64,000 bases of DNA from Phycisphaerales bacterium (GTDB lineage: Bacteria; Planctomycetota; Phycisphaerae; Phycisphaerales; UBA1924), in NCBI GenBank assembly GCA_046350435.1, contig JAXMAK010000003.1:611535-675534 (forward strand), given 5' to 3'. Made by a program: the position numbers and the translations under genes. Position 1 is the first letter of the stretch. Each line of letters opens with the position of its first letter. The notes beneath the pieces are model-generated. The model searched no databases. It was not told where the DNA came from and saw nothing but the letters and a program-made list of their open reading frames with translations. Positions 28,879 through 37,757 of the stretch are shown piece after piece.

Positions 28879-29988
28879 TCAAGCTCGACGACGGCGAGCG
28901 GCCAACAGCCCACCCAGACCCACGAGCGCGATTGATCCCGGAGCAGGAACAATCAACTCGATGCCGCGGAAGGCCTTGTTCGTGCCAGCGCTCGCGAGGG
29001 GACCAGAGAAGCCGCCTGCTTCGGTGTAGGAGAAGAACGCGGAGTTTGCGCTGCTGCCGTTGTCGCCCGTGATGTACAGCGTGGTCACGCCTGCAACAGT
29101 CACGCCCGTCATCTGACGAATGCGAGTGCCCGTGGGCGCGGCGGTTGTGCTGACGCGGTTCCAGTTGGTGCCGTCAAAGGCCCATTTCTGGAGGCCGCCC
29201 AGGCCTGCGACTGCGCTGTCGTCGGCGACGTAGGCGGTGTTGGCGTCGGCGAAGTAGTAGTCATAGAAGGAGCCGGTGCCGCCGGTGGTTGCGAGGAAGC
29301 TGGGGAGGATGGCGAGCGAGGCGGGCGTGGTCTGGAGGCCTGAACCGAGTTGGAGGATGCCTTGCGTGCCGGTGCCTGAGGCGCTGGAGACGTAGACGTT
29401 GCCGAGGGCGAGGTTGAGGACGCGGAGGTTGGTGGGGTTGCCAGTGCTGACCTGGTTCACGCCGCTGACTGCGCCGAAGGGGACGTATTGTACGCCGCTG
29501 TTGCCGCCGGCGACCCAGAAGTTGTTGCCGTCGACGGTGACGGCGCTGCGGGTCTGCTGCGCGCTGAATGCGGCGTTCATCGCGGTGGTGGTGTCGATGT
29601 TGCCCGACATGTCCATGCGGGCGATGATGCGGTTCACAGCGGCGGAGGTCGTTCCGCTGACGGTCGCGGTGCCGGGGGCGGCGTCAAAGCCTGTGAAGGT
29701 CAGATACTGACCATCAGCAGAAAGCGAGAGCGCGCCCATCGCCGTGCTGTTGCCCTGCATCGTCAGCGCGCGATTCGCACCCGACGCGCTGGTCGGAACG
29801 GCGATTGTCTGCACAAACGTGCCGCTCACCGTGTACTCATCAATAAACGTCGCAGCAGCCGCGCCGCTGAGCGAAGCAGCGCCGTCGCCCAAACGGACGA
29901 TGGCAAGGTTGCCTGGTGTCAAAGGACCAGCAATCGCGGCGGACGCGATGCCAGCGACGGCAATCAAACTCAAAACAGAAAATCGCAT
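28879..29988 (-). CDS. PEP-CTERM sorting-domain secreted protein
   Basis: Signal peptide (MRFSVLSLIAVAGIASAAIA). The C-terminus 'VPAPGSIALVGLGGLLAARRRRA' combines a PEP-like motif, a TM helix and an Arg cluster. Confidence 0.8.
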   Translation of the reverse strand: MRFSVLSLIAVAGIASAAIAGPLTPGNLAIVRLGDGAASLSGAAAATFIDEYTVSGTFVQTIAVPTSASGANRALTMQGNSTAMGALSLSADGQYLTFTGFDAAPGTATVSGTTSAAVNRIIARMDMSGNIDTTTAMNAAFSAQQTRSAVTVDGNNFWVAGGNSGVQYVPFGAVSGVNQVSTGNPTNLRVLNLALGNVYVSSASGTGTQGILQLGSGLQTTPASLAILPSFLATTGGTGSFYDYYFADANTAYVADDSAVAGLGGLQKWAFDGTNWNRVSTTAAPTGTRIRQMTGVTVAGVTTLYITGDNGSSANSAFFSYTEAGGFSGPLASAGTNKAFRGIELIVPAPGSIALVGLGGLLAARRRRA

Positions 29989-30333
29989 GTCTCAACTCCT
30001 CGTGACACCACCTGCTGCGGAAAAGCAAGCCGCGTCAGTACACAATGCGTCATAAACCCCATCGCTCCAACGATGTGGCCCAAGACGACCCGGGTTGCAA
30101 GGAAAGACCGGCGACAAAACCGGTTGTCTCTCTTCTCCTCGCTGACAAATCTTAGCCATGCTCGCTGGCACAAGCCCCTTCAAAACCCGCGAGTTTCCCA
30201 TGAAGCCGACTACTTTTTTCGCGTTTATGGGGCCAATTCACAGGATATTGGCACGCGTACCCCAATACAGCCCAACACCTCATTAGGTCGCCGCATTCAC
30301 GTCCGGGTCCGAGTTGGGATACTTTGGACAAGC

Positions 30334-31275
30334 ATGGCCAAACGCCTCCTCCTTGGTCCGATCATGATCCTCCTTCTGGTCGGCTGCCTCTGGCTCGACC
30401 AGTGGCTTGACGGCCAACACGTCCCAGCCTCCCTCGTACCAATCTTCAGCGCGAAGGTCTTTGGCGAAGCCCGCGACACGTTCCCACCAGGCGTCATCGT
30501 TCTGCCGCTCCTCATCGCACTCGTGTGGGTCGCCGCTCGCGAACTCAGTTCACTTCTGCAATCAGAGAAGATCGCTGGCAGCAAGCGAATGCTCACAACT
30601 GCGGCGATCGCAGGCCTTCTGGTCTCGTGCCTCGTCCCGACCGACATGCCCGCAACCACCGTCGTCGGCGTGATGGGCACGGTGAGCGCGCTCATGCTCG
30701 TCATTGCGATGACGTTTTACTCTCGCCACAAAACCGTCGAAGGAGTCATCGCAGCAACTGGCGGCGTGTTGCTCAGTTACGTCTATCTCGGCATCATGGC
30801 TGGCTTCCTCCTCGCAATCCGCCGTGAACATTCTGTACTCGTCTTAGGCTGGATCGTGCTGACTACAAAATCCTGCGACATCGGCGCGTACTTCACAGGC
30901 AAGGCCATCGGCAAACACAAACTGATCCCGTGGCTCAGCCCCGGCAAAACCTGGGAAGGCCTCGCGGGTGGCGTCGTGTTTTCCGCCGCAGTCGGCGTCG
31001 CCGGCCTGTACCTCCTCGGCTCACGCCCACACGAAGGCCAACCAACCTCCGTCCCAAGTTGGTGGATCGGCGCACTCTTTGGCGCAGTCCTGGGCCTTAC
31101 AGGCCAAGCCGGCGACCTGCTCGAAAGCATCCTCAAACGCGACGCAGGAGCCAAAGACTCCGGCAAAGGCATCCCAGGCTTCGGCGGCGTCCTCGACGTC
31201 CTCGACTCCGCCCTCCTCGCCGCCCCAGTTGCGTTCTGGTGGCTGCACATGATGAAGGCGAAGGGATATTTCTGA
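30334..31275 (+). CDS. cdsA: Phosphatidate cytidylyltransferase
   Basis: Real start taken as the ATG at 30334 inside ORF 29488..31275. Signature 'SPGKTWEGLAGG...GDLLESILKRDAGAKDSGKGIPGFGGVLDVLDS'. Confidence 0.85.
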   Translation: MAKRLLLGPIMILLLVGCLWLDQWLDGQHVPASLVPIFSAKVFGEARDTFPPGVIVLPLLIALVWVAARELSSLLQSEKIAGSKRMLTTAAIAGLLVSCLVPTDMPATTVVGVMGTVSALMLVIAMTFYSRHKTVEGVIAATGGVLLSYVYLGIMAGFLLAIRREHSVLVLGWIVLTTKSCDIGAYFTGKAIGKHKLIPWLSPGKTWEGLAGGVVFSAAVGVAGLYLLGSRPHEGQPTSVPSWWIGALFGAVLGLTGQAGDLLESILKRDAGAKDSGKGIPGFGGVLDVLDSALLAAPVAFWWLHMMKAKGYF

Positions 31276-31354
31276 AGGCGCAGCCGCTGGTTTGTTCCAT
31301 TCCCCTGCAAGATCGTGGACCTCTCGTATTTGACAGGTGGCAGAACTTCGCCCC

Positions 31355-31398
31355 CGTGCCACATGCTTCGCCTTCGTTTTGGACGGCGATGCTTGTGG
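31355..31398. repeat. GTGCCAC-type imperfect hairpin repeat (variant family), copy 1
   Basis: 'cgtgccacatgcttcgccttcgttttggacggcgatgcttgtgg'. About 85% identical to 35505..35550. Confidence 0.75.
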
Positions 31399-31483
31399 TG
31401 ACTTGCTCACGTGGGATGGACAGGTAGCCATGTCCGAGCGAACTGGTTTCGGCCACGAGCATGACGCAAGTTACTGGAAGATC

Positions 31484-31511
31484 GGCACGGACATGAATAC
31501 ATGTCCGTGCC
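31484..31511. repeat. Perfect 12-bp-stem hairpin ending in GTGCC(AC)
   Basis: 'ggcacggacatg aata catgtccgtgcc'. Confidence 0.7.
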
Positions 31512-31650
31512 ACGACAGGATTGCAAGTCCTCGCGACCCGCCGCACAACTCGTGTCGGTTTGGCACTATTGGGTGAACATGTACATGGAATATCGCTTGC
31601 AATGGGCAAGGAAATTCGTAAAATAATGACTTCCTTGAAAGGAGCGAACC

Positions 31651-32649
31651 GTGAATCCTGTCTTCAAACCGCTTTTCTCAGTTGCGATTGTGCCCGCGTG
31701 GGTTTTGCTCAATTCAGCCCCTCACGCGGTCGCGCAGCCACTGCCATCGGCGGAGTACTTAGTTGGAACAGGCACTTCGTTTGGAGATCACGATTCTCAT
31801 TCTGGACACTTACCTTCGAATCTGCATTCCGATTGGAACTCAGATTATCGAGAGTTCATCAACGGGCAGTGGGTCTCGACGATGTCTTACAGCATCCAGG
31901 CACAAGCCGAGGCGTTCGGTGGCCTGCAACCTCAAGCCATCGCGAGCGCGGAGGCACATGGAATCGCTTCCCCGACACAACTGACTTTTTCCGGCGGTGC
32001 AACTGCGTCTGTCAGTTATTCCGTTCGCATCGTCCCGACGGCGCCGCCCCCGAACGGACCCGTTGTTATTCCGATCAAGATTCACGTCATCGGACACGTG
32101 AATGGCAACGGAACCGTCACAGTGCGCGTTCTCAATGGTTTCTTTTTTCACATGATCTCGATCCCGAATGGAACACAGGACTTCGACCTGATAGAAACCT
32201 ATTACGTGTCTTCCGATGATCCCGCCCCGATCATTCCTGTTGAGTTGTACGCCAACGCAACCGCACACGAGTTTCGAGGACCGGGCTGGCCGCATTCCTC
32301 ACAGGCCCTAGCCGATCCGATATTTGAAATGGATCAGACCGAGTTCGACGCGATGATGGGAGCAGAGTCATTCACACTCGCGAACTACTTTGCGTTTGAA
32401 TATTGCCCAAACCTCATCGACTTCATTCCCGAGTGCGACTCCATCGACTTCAATAACGACACGTCGTTCTTTGATCCTCAGGACATCGATGCCTTCCTGA
32501 GCGTCTACGGCGAAGGCCCCTGCATTCCGGAAGAAGCCGCATGTAACGACATCGACTTCAATAACGACCAGTCTGTCTTTGATCCGTGCGATATCGATGC
32601 TTTTCTGACGCAATTTGGTGAAGGACCGTGCACATTCTGCGGCGTGTAG
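31651..32649 (+). CDS. Secreted protein with duplicated dockerin/EF-hand-like C-terminal module
   Basis: GTG start preceded by AAAGGAG. Signal peptide. The C-terminal 'CDSIDFNNDTSFFDPQDIDAFLSVYGEGPC...CNDIDFNNDQSVFDPCDIDAFLTQFGEGPCTFCGV' is near-identical in layout to the tail of 1072..3360. Confidence 0.7.
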   Translation: MNPVFKPLFSVAIVPAWVLLNSAPHAVAQPLPSAEYLVGTGTSFGDHDSHSGHLPSNLHSDWNSDYREFINGQWVSTMSYSIQAQAEAFGGLQPQAIASAEAHGIASPTQLTFSGGATASVSYSVRIVPTAPPPNGPVVIPIKIHVIGHVNGNGTVTVRVLNGFFFHMISIPNGTQDFDLIETYYVSSDDPAPIIPVELYANATAHEFRGPGWPHSSQALADPIFEMDQTEFDAMMGAESFTLANYFAFEYCPNLIDFIPECDSIDFNNDTSFFDPQDIDAFLSVYGEGPCIPEEAACNDIDFNNDQSVFDPCDIDAFLTQFGEGPCTFCGV

Positions 32650-32756
32650 CAGTTTCAGCTCGCTGGACAATTTGGAAGTCGGGCAGCAAATCTGTGCAAG
32701 ATTCTAGATCGCTACGCAAAGTCTCAGCGACTCAAACTGCACTCCGGAGCTTCCCA

Positions 32757-34973
32757 GTGAACACTCGCACTCTAATCGCAATTTCCGCCCTTTTCGCCGG
32801 TTCCACCCTCGCCCAAACCATCACCCCCATCCCCAACCACCCCACCCTCAACACCCCCTTCACCCCCGTCGCCATGAGCGGCGACGGCTCCGTCGTCGTG
32901 GGCTACTACAACGAAACCCCAAACAACAACGGCTATCGGGCCTATCGCTGGACCCCCTCGGGCGGCGTGCAAAGTCTCGGCCAGTGGCCGGGCTCGACAG
33001 ATACGTATCCCACCGGCATCAGCCGAGATGGTCAGTACATCATCGGCTACAACTCGATGGCGGGCGGCTCGCCGTTGGGTGTCTATTGGAACCCGGCGTT
33101 GCAACAGATCAGCCTCGGTCACGCGCCGGGCGGCACAAGCAGCCTGCCCACAGCGATCAACGCAAACGCGTCCGTGATTGTTGGATATGGCGCGACACCC
33201 GCGGGGACGAAGTCACTCATCTGGAATCAGAGCGGCCTGAACTTCTTCAGTGATGGCCTCGACATGCCCAACGGAATCAACGGCGCAGGCGACATCATCG
33301 TCGGCGCTCGTGGCAACGGGCCATTCAGTTCGCAGGCGTTCCGTTGGACCTCGCCTGGCCCCACGCAGACATACGTGCCAGCATGGAACGGCGGCGCCAA
33401 CACCGTCAGCGACTCGGGCAAAGCAATGACGCTCTACATCGGCGGACTTTTTCCCTCGGGCAGCGGCGTTCGCTGGCGCAGCGTGTACGGCACGCCCGTC
33501 CTGCAAAGCCTCGGCACTATCCCAGTCTCGGGATACACCAACACAACGCCATACTCGATGACCGCAGACGGCGGCGGCATCGTCGGCATCGCGTCCCACT
33601 TCTTCAATGGTCAACGCTCCTTCATCTGGAGTCAGTTCTACGGCTGCGAAGAACTCTTCCCGCTGCTGCCCAGCAAAGGCGTGAACATGACCGGGTGGAC
33701 GGCGCTCATGCAGACCCAAGCCATCAGCGCAGACGGCACGGCGATCGCTGGTGTTGGATACTACAACAATCAAGTCACGGGTTACGTCGCGCGAAACATC
33801 GCGTGCCTCGTGTATCCACGAATTGAAATCCAGCCGCAGAATACTCGCGTCTGCCCCTATAGCACTGCAACTTTCTCGATCGAAGCAATCGGCTCCGGCT
33901 CCAAGACCTATCAGTGGTTCCGCGAAACCTCCCCATTCTCCTGGAACTTTGTACCCATCTCAGACGGCGTGACCTTCTGGGGTTCGCAGTACTACGGCAC
34001 CAACACGCCAACGCTGCAGATTGACTACGTCCAGCCGCAGGACGAAGCACGGTACTACTGCGGCTTGTACGCTCCCTGCGGCAGCGAAGGGTCGCTCGCA
34101 GTGTCATTGACGCTGGGCAGTGCTCCGGTGATCACCACGCAGCCCGCGCAGGCAACATGCGTGCAGGGGATCGCGACGTTCAGCATTAACACACTTTCCA
34201 ATCCCGCCGACGGGCCACTGGTGTATCAATGGTGGCGCAACTGCGGCGGCCCATTCCCGACGTGGGACTTCTTGACCGATGGCGTGAGCAATACAGGATC
34301 GACCATCAGCGGTGCGAACGGGCCCACGCTCACGATCACAAATGTATTGCCAGGCGACGACTGCACGTACTTCTGCACAGTCGGAAACTCCTGCGGCTTA
34401 GTCGGCAGCCAATACGCCGGCCTGACAGTCCAGTCGCACGCGATTCAGTTCCAGCCCAATTCTCAAACCTACTGCCCAGGCGAAAGCCCATCGCTCTTCA
34501 CAGCCGCTGGTCCCGGCATCAACGGCCCATTCGCGTATCAGTGGTATCGCTACGCCAACCCCGTCGCACCCACCGGCCCGAGTTTCGCACTCAGCGATGG
34601 CCCCACAGGCAACGGCTCGACAATCTCCGGCGCGCAAACCATGACCCTCACCTACAACGCCGTCGACACCAACGACGCCGGTTGGTTCTACTGCGTCGCC
34701 AGCACGCCCTGCGGCTCCGTCGCGACCAACGACGCCTCACTCACCCAAAACCTCATCTGCGCATTCTTCTGCGACAGCATTGACTTCAACAACGACGGCA
34801 GCTTCTTCGACCCCATCGACATCGATTCATTCCTCTCCGTCTTCAGCGAAGGCCCCTGCATCCCCGAAGGCGCAGCATGCAACGACATCGACTTCAACAA
34901 CGACCACAGCCTTTTCGACCCGATCGATATTGATGCGTTCTTGTCGGTGTTCAGCGAAGGCCCGTGCTTCTAA
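32757..34973 (+). CDS. Large secreted protein: HAF-like repeats, three Ig-like repeats, and the dockerin/EF-hand-like C-terminal module
   Basis: GTG at 32757 (VNTRTLIAISALFAGSTLAQT) inside ORF 32628..34973. N-terminal repeats of the '...S.DG..IVG...' type. Three repeats with 'YQW...YxC....CGS'. C-terminal module 'CDSIDFNNDGSFFDPIDIDSFLSVFSEGPC...CNDIDFNNDHSLFDPIDIDAFLSVFSEGPCF'. Confidence 0.75.
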   Translation: MNTRTLIAISALFAGSTLAQTITPIPNHPTLNTPFTPVAMSGDGSVVVGYYNETPNNNGYRAYRWTPSGGVQSLGQWPGSTDTYPTGISRDGQYIIGYNSMAGGSPLGVYWNPALQQISLGHAPGGTSSLPTAINANASVIVGYGATPAGTKSLIWNQSGLNFFSDGLDMPNGINGAGDIIVGARGNGPFSSQAFRWTSPGPTQTYVPAWNGGANTVSDSGKAMTLYIGGLFPSGSGVRWRSVYGTPVLQSLGTIPVSGYTNTTPYSMTADGGGIVGIASHFFNGQRSFIWSQFYGCEELFPLLPSKGVNMTGWTALMQTQAISADGTAIAGVGYYNNQVTGYVARNIACLVYPRIEIQPQNTRVCPYSTATFSIEAIGSGSKTYQWFRETSPFSWNFVPISDGVTFWGSQYYGTNTPTLQIDYVQPQDEARYYCGLYAPCGSEGSLAVSLTLGSAPVITTQPAQATCVQGIATFSINTLSNPADGPLVYQWWRNCGGPFPTWDFLTDGVSNTGSTISGANGPTLTITNVLPGDDCTYFCTVGNSCGLVGSQYAGLTVQSHAIQFQPNSQTYCPGESPSLFTAAGPGINGPFAYQWYRYANPVAPTGPSFALSDGPTGNGSTISGAQTMTLTYNAVDTNDAGWFYCVASTPCGSVATNDASLTQNLICAFFCDSIDFNNDGSFFDPIDIDSFLSVFSEGPCIPEGAACNDIDFNNDHSLFDPIDIDAFLSVFSEGPCF

Positions 34974-35004
34974 CGAACCCCACCGCGCAAGCGTGGGCGA
35001 ACGT
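34973..35004. repeat. ACGAACCCCACGCG-type hairpin repeat, copy 1
   Basis: 'acgaaccccaccgcgcaagcgtgggcgaacgt', immediately after the stop of 32757..34973. Confidence 0.7.
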
Positions 35005-35077
35005 CATTGTGCGTACTTCGCGGCCTTGGCCGTCGCCCACACTATCGCTGGAGCTACGAGTGATGAAGTACACACTC

Positions 35078-35389
35078 TCAGGGCACCCACAGAATGGCCT
35101 GTACAATGCTTTGAATTTCGTTGCTGACATCTTCGTAGGTGCAGGAATTCGTCTCGTGACCAATCCGATCTGCCTGCCAAGTCATGAATAACGGAATGTA
35201 CCAAATCAAAGAAACCAGCCGACGAGAGATAGTTTCCGACTTTCCGACCTCCCGTTGGACGCGTTCCAACGACTGCTTACAACGCTGATAGGCAATATGA
35301 TCAAAATGCCCATTGCGAAGTTTTCCGAAAAAGCCATCATCCAAGTCCCATTCTGCTTCAATCAAGGAGATCAATTCTTGGTTTTTCAT
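35078..35389 (-). CDS. Hypothetical small protein (low-GC orphan)
   Basis: 103-aa ORF in a locally AT-richer patch (about 40-45% GC by hand count of two 60-nt lines). No family recognised. Confidence 0.4.
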   Translation of the reverse strand: MKNQELISLIEAEWDLDDGFFGKLRNGHFDHIAYQRCKQSLERVQREVGKSETISRRLVSLIWYIPLFMTWQADRIGHETNSCTYEDVSNEIQSIVQAILWVP

Positions 35390-35504
35390 GACATTCTCGT
35401 TGGCTAGGGCGAGATGCTGGTGTTTCGGCTTCGGTTGGCACGCCGTATTGAATCACAACGTCCCTCGCCAGCAGGTTGCACAACGTATGCGTGTCACCGC
35501 CGTC

Positions 35505-35550
35505 CCGTGCCACATGCTTAGCCGTCGCTCTGGACGGCGATGCTTGTGGC
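35505..35550. repeat. GTGCCAC-type imperfect hairpin repeat (variant family), copy 2
   Basis: 'ccgtgccacatgcttagccgtcgctctggacggcgatgcttgtggc'. The arms pair at about 14 of 17 positions. Confidence 0.75.
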
Positions 35551-35623
35551 AAGCGCCAAAACGCATGATTCACGTCAGTAACGCCCACCCACGCTCTCTC
35601 ATGCGCCTCGTTACTATCCCCAC

Positions 35624-36625
35624 ATGCCCCGCCCCATCACCCTCTTCACCGGCCAATGGGCCGACCTCCCGCTCGACACTCTTGCGAAAAAAGCCAAGTC
35701 CTGGGGCTACGACGGCCTCGAACTTGCCTGCTGGGGCGATCACTTTGATGTCGCCGCTGCGAACAGCGACGACGCGTATTGCGATGGTCGCCACAAGCTC
35801 CTCGCAAAGCACGGCCTCAAGACGTGGGCGATCAGCAATCACCTCGTGGGCCAGTGCGTCTGCGACGATATCGACGCGCGCCACAAGTCGATCGTTCCTG
35901 AGCGAATCTGGTCGGGCGACCCAGAGGAAGTTCGAGAGCGAGCCGCGGCGGAGTTGATCGCAACAGCAAAAGCCGCGAAGAAACTCGGCGTGAAAGTCGT
36001 CAATGGCTTCACAGGCTCCAACATCTGGAGCAAGTTGTACTTCTTCCCGCCGACGTCTGCGAAAGACGTCAAGAAGGGCTACGACGCGTTCGCAAAACGA
36101 TTCGGCCCGATCCTCGACGCATTCAAACGTCAAGGCGTGAAGTTCGCGCTCGAAGTGCATCCAACCGAAATCGCATACGACATCCACACTGCCCACGCCG
36201 CGCTCAGTGCGTTGGGGAATCACAAGTCATTCGGCTTCAACTTTGATCCCTCGCACCTGCACTGGCAATTCGTCGATCCCGTCGCATTCATCCGCGCCTT
36301 CCCCGATCGTATTTTCCACTGCCACGTCAAAGACTGCGCCCGCACCCTCGACGGCACGACCAGTATCCTCGCAAGCCACCTGCCCTTTGGCGACCACCGC
36401 CGAGGCTGGGACTTCAGAAGCCCAGGCCGAGGCCAGATCGACTTCCAAGCGATCACGCGAGAACTCAATCGAATCAACTACGAAGGCCCGCTGAGCGTCG
36501 AATGGGAAGACCCCGGCATGGACCGCGAACACGGAGCGAAAGAAGCCGCGGCGTTCACAAGAAACCTGGACTTCCCCACAACATCACAAGCCTTCGACGC
36601 CGCGTTCGAGAAAAAGAAAAAGTAA
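35624..36625 (+). CDS. Sugar phosphate isomerase/epimerase (xylose isomerase-like TIM barrel)
   Basis: 333 aa. '[17 protein letters not shown]', '[13 protein letters not shown]' and 'HCHVKD' are typical of the AP endonuclease 2/xylose isomerase-like TIM-barrel family. Confidence 0.85.
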   Translation: MPRPITLFTGQWADLPLDTLAKKAKSWGYDGLELACWGDHFDVAAANSDDAYCDGRHKLLAKHGLKTWAISNHLVGQCVCDDIDARHKSIVPERIWSGDPEEVRERAAAELIATAKAAKKLGVKVVNGFTGSNIWSKLYFFPPTSAKDVKKGYDAFAKRFGPILDAFKRQGVKFALEVHPTEIAYDIHTAHAALSALGNHKSFGFNFDPSHLHWQFVDPVAFIRAFPDRIFHCHVKDCARTLDGTTSILASHLPFGDHRRGWDFRSPGRGQIDFQAITRELNRINYEGPLSVEWEDPGMDREHGAKEAAAFTRNLDFPTTSQAFDAAFEKKKK

Positions 36626-36737
36626 ACGAACCCCACGCGCGAGCGTGGGTAAACGCCAATCCGTATCAATAGTCCAAGTGTCAAACAGACTCAACAAGCC
36701 GCGCTGATATTCGCCCACGCTAGCGCGTGGGGTTCGT
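36626..36737. repeat. ACGAACCCCACGCG-type hairpin repeat, inverted pair
   Basis: 36626..36650 'acgaaccccacgcgcgagcgtgggt' and 36714..36737 'cccacgctagcgcgtggggttcgt' are reverse complements apart from 1 nt. Each also folds as a 7-bp hairpin. Confidence 0.8.
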
Positions 36738-36743
36738 AAAAAA

Positions 36744-37757
36744 ATGTCCTCCAAGCGTTCATTTCTTGCACCTTTCACGCCCCTCTATCGCGTCGCGATC
36801 GCCATCCGCAATCGCAGATTCGATTCAGGCCGCCGCGCCGTCACGTTTGATCGCCCCGTCATCAGCGTCGGCAATCTCTCTACAGGCGGCACCGGCAAAA
36901 CTCCTTTCACGATGCACCTCATCCGCATGCTGCGCGATGCGGGACACAACCCGTGCGTTGCAATGCGAGGCTACGGCGCACCCAAGGGCAAAGGCCAAGA
37001 TTCCGACGAAGCTCGCGAGTATCTCAGCGCGTTTCCAAACCTGCCGCTCGTCGCACAACCAGATCGCACGACAGGATTGATCGAACTCTTCGCACGCGAC
37101 GAGAACAACACAATCTCCCCCATCATCCTCGACGACGGCTTCCAACACCGCCAAATCGCCCGCCAACTCGATATCGTCCTGATGGACGCAACGCGAAGCG
37201 CATTCGAAGATTCGCTGCTCCCCGCAGGCAACCTCCGCGAACCAGTCGCCAATCTCGCGAGAGCACACGTTCTCGTGATCACTCACGCGAAGCAAGCGAG
37301 CAACATCCGCCAACAAGCACTCGCAATCAACCCCAATCTCATCATCTGCGAATGCGACCACGCATGGAATGGTTTCGTCGACGCCCACAACACCCCGCTC
37401 GAGATCACCGCTCTCCGCAACTCGCGCGTGTTCGCACTCTGCGCAATCGGAAATCCCCACGCATTCTTCGAGCAAGCAAGCAGCGTCGCCAACATCGTCG
37501 GCAAAGCCGCACTCAGAGACCACGATCCTTACTCCGACGCAACAATCGCTTCCCTCGCAAAGCAGATCGAAGCAGTCAACGCAGACACCCTGCTCGTCAC
37601 AAATAAAGACTGGTCAAAGTTGCAGCGATTGCAACCCGCGTCATGGCCCTCCTGCATCAAACAAGTCGTGCGCCCAGTACTGACAATCGAATTCCGCAGC
37701 GGCGAAGCAGAATTAAGGAACATCATCCTGAAAACCGCTTCCAGCACGGTCGAATGA
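36744..37757 (+). CDS. lpxK: Tetraacyldisaccharide 4'-kinase
   Basis: 'VISVGNLSTGGTGKTPF' P-loop and 'ILDDGFQH' motif. Confidence 0.9.
   Translation: MSSKRSFLAPFTPLYRVAIAIRNRRFDSGRRAVTFDRPVISVGNLSTGGTGKTPFTMHLIRMLRDAGHNPCVAMRGYGAPKGKGQDSDEAREYLSAFPNLPLVAQPDRTTGLIELFARDENNTISPIILDDGFQHRQIARQLDIVLMDATRSAFEDSLLPAGNLREPVANLARAHVLVITHAKQASNIRQQALAINPNLIICECDHAWNGFVDAHNTPLEITALRNSRVFALCAIGNPHAFFEQASSVANIVGKAALRDHDPYSDATIASLAKQIEAVNADTLLVTNKDWSKLQRLQPASWPSCIKQVVRPVLTIEFRSGEAELRNIILKTASSTVE

Noticed and set aside
28721-29029. Plus-strand ORF (102 aa) starting at a GTG directly after AAAGGAGG.
   Set aside because: The SD-like sequence abuts the start codon with no spacer. The ORF runs antisense into the 3' end of the PEP-CTERM gene and has no recognisable features. 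The GGAGG is more plausibly the complement of the sRNA seed.
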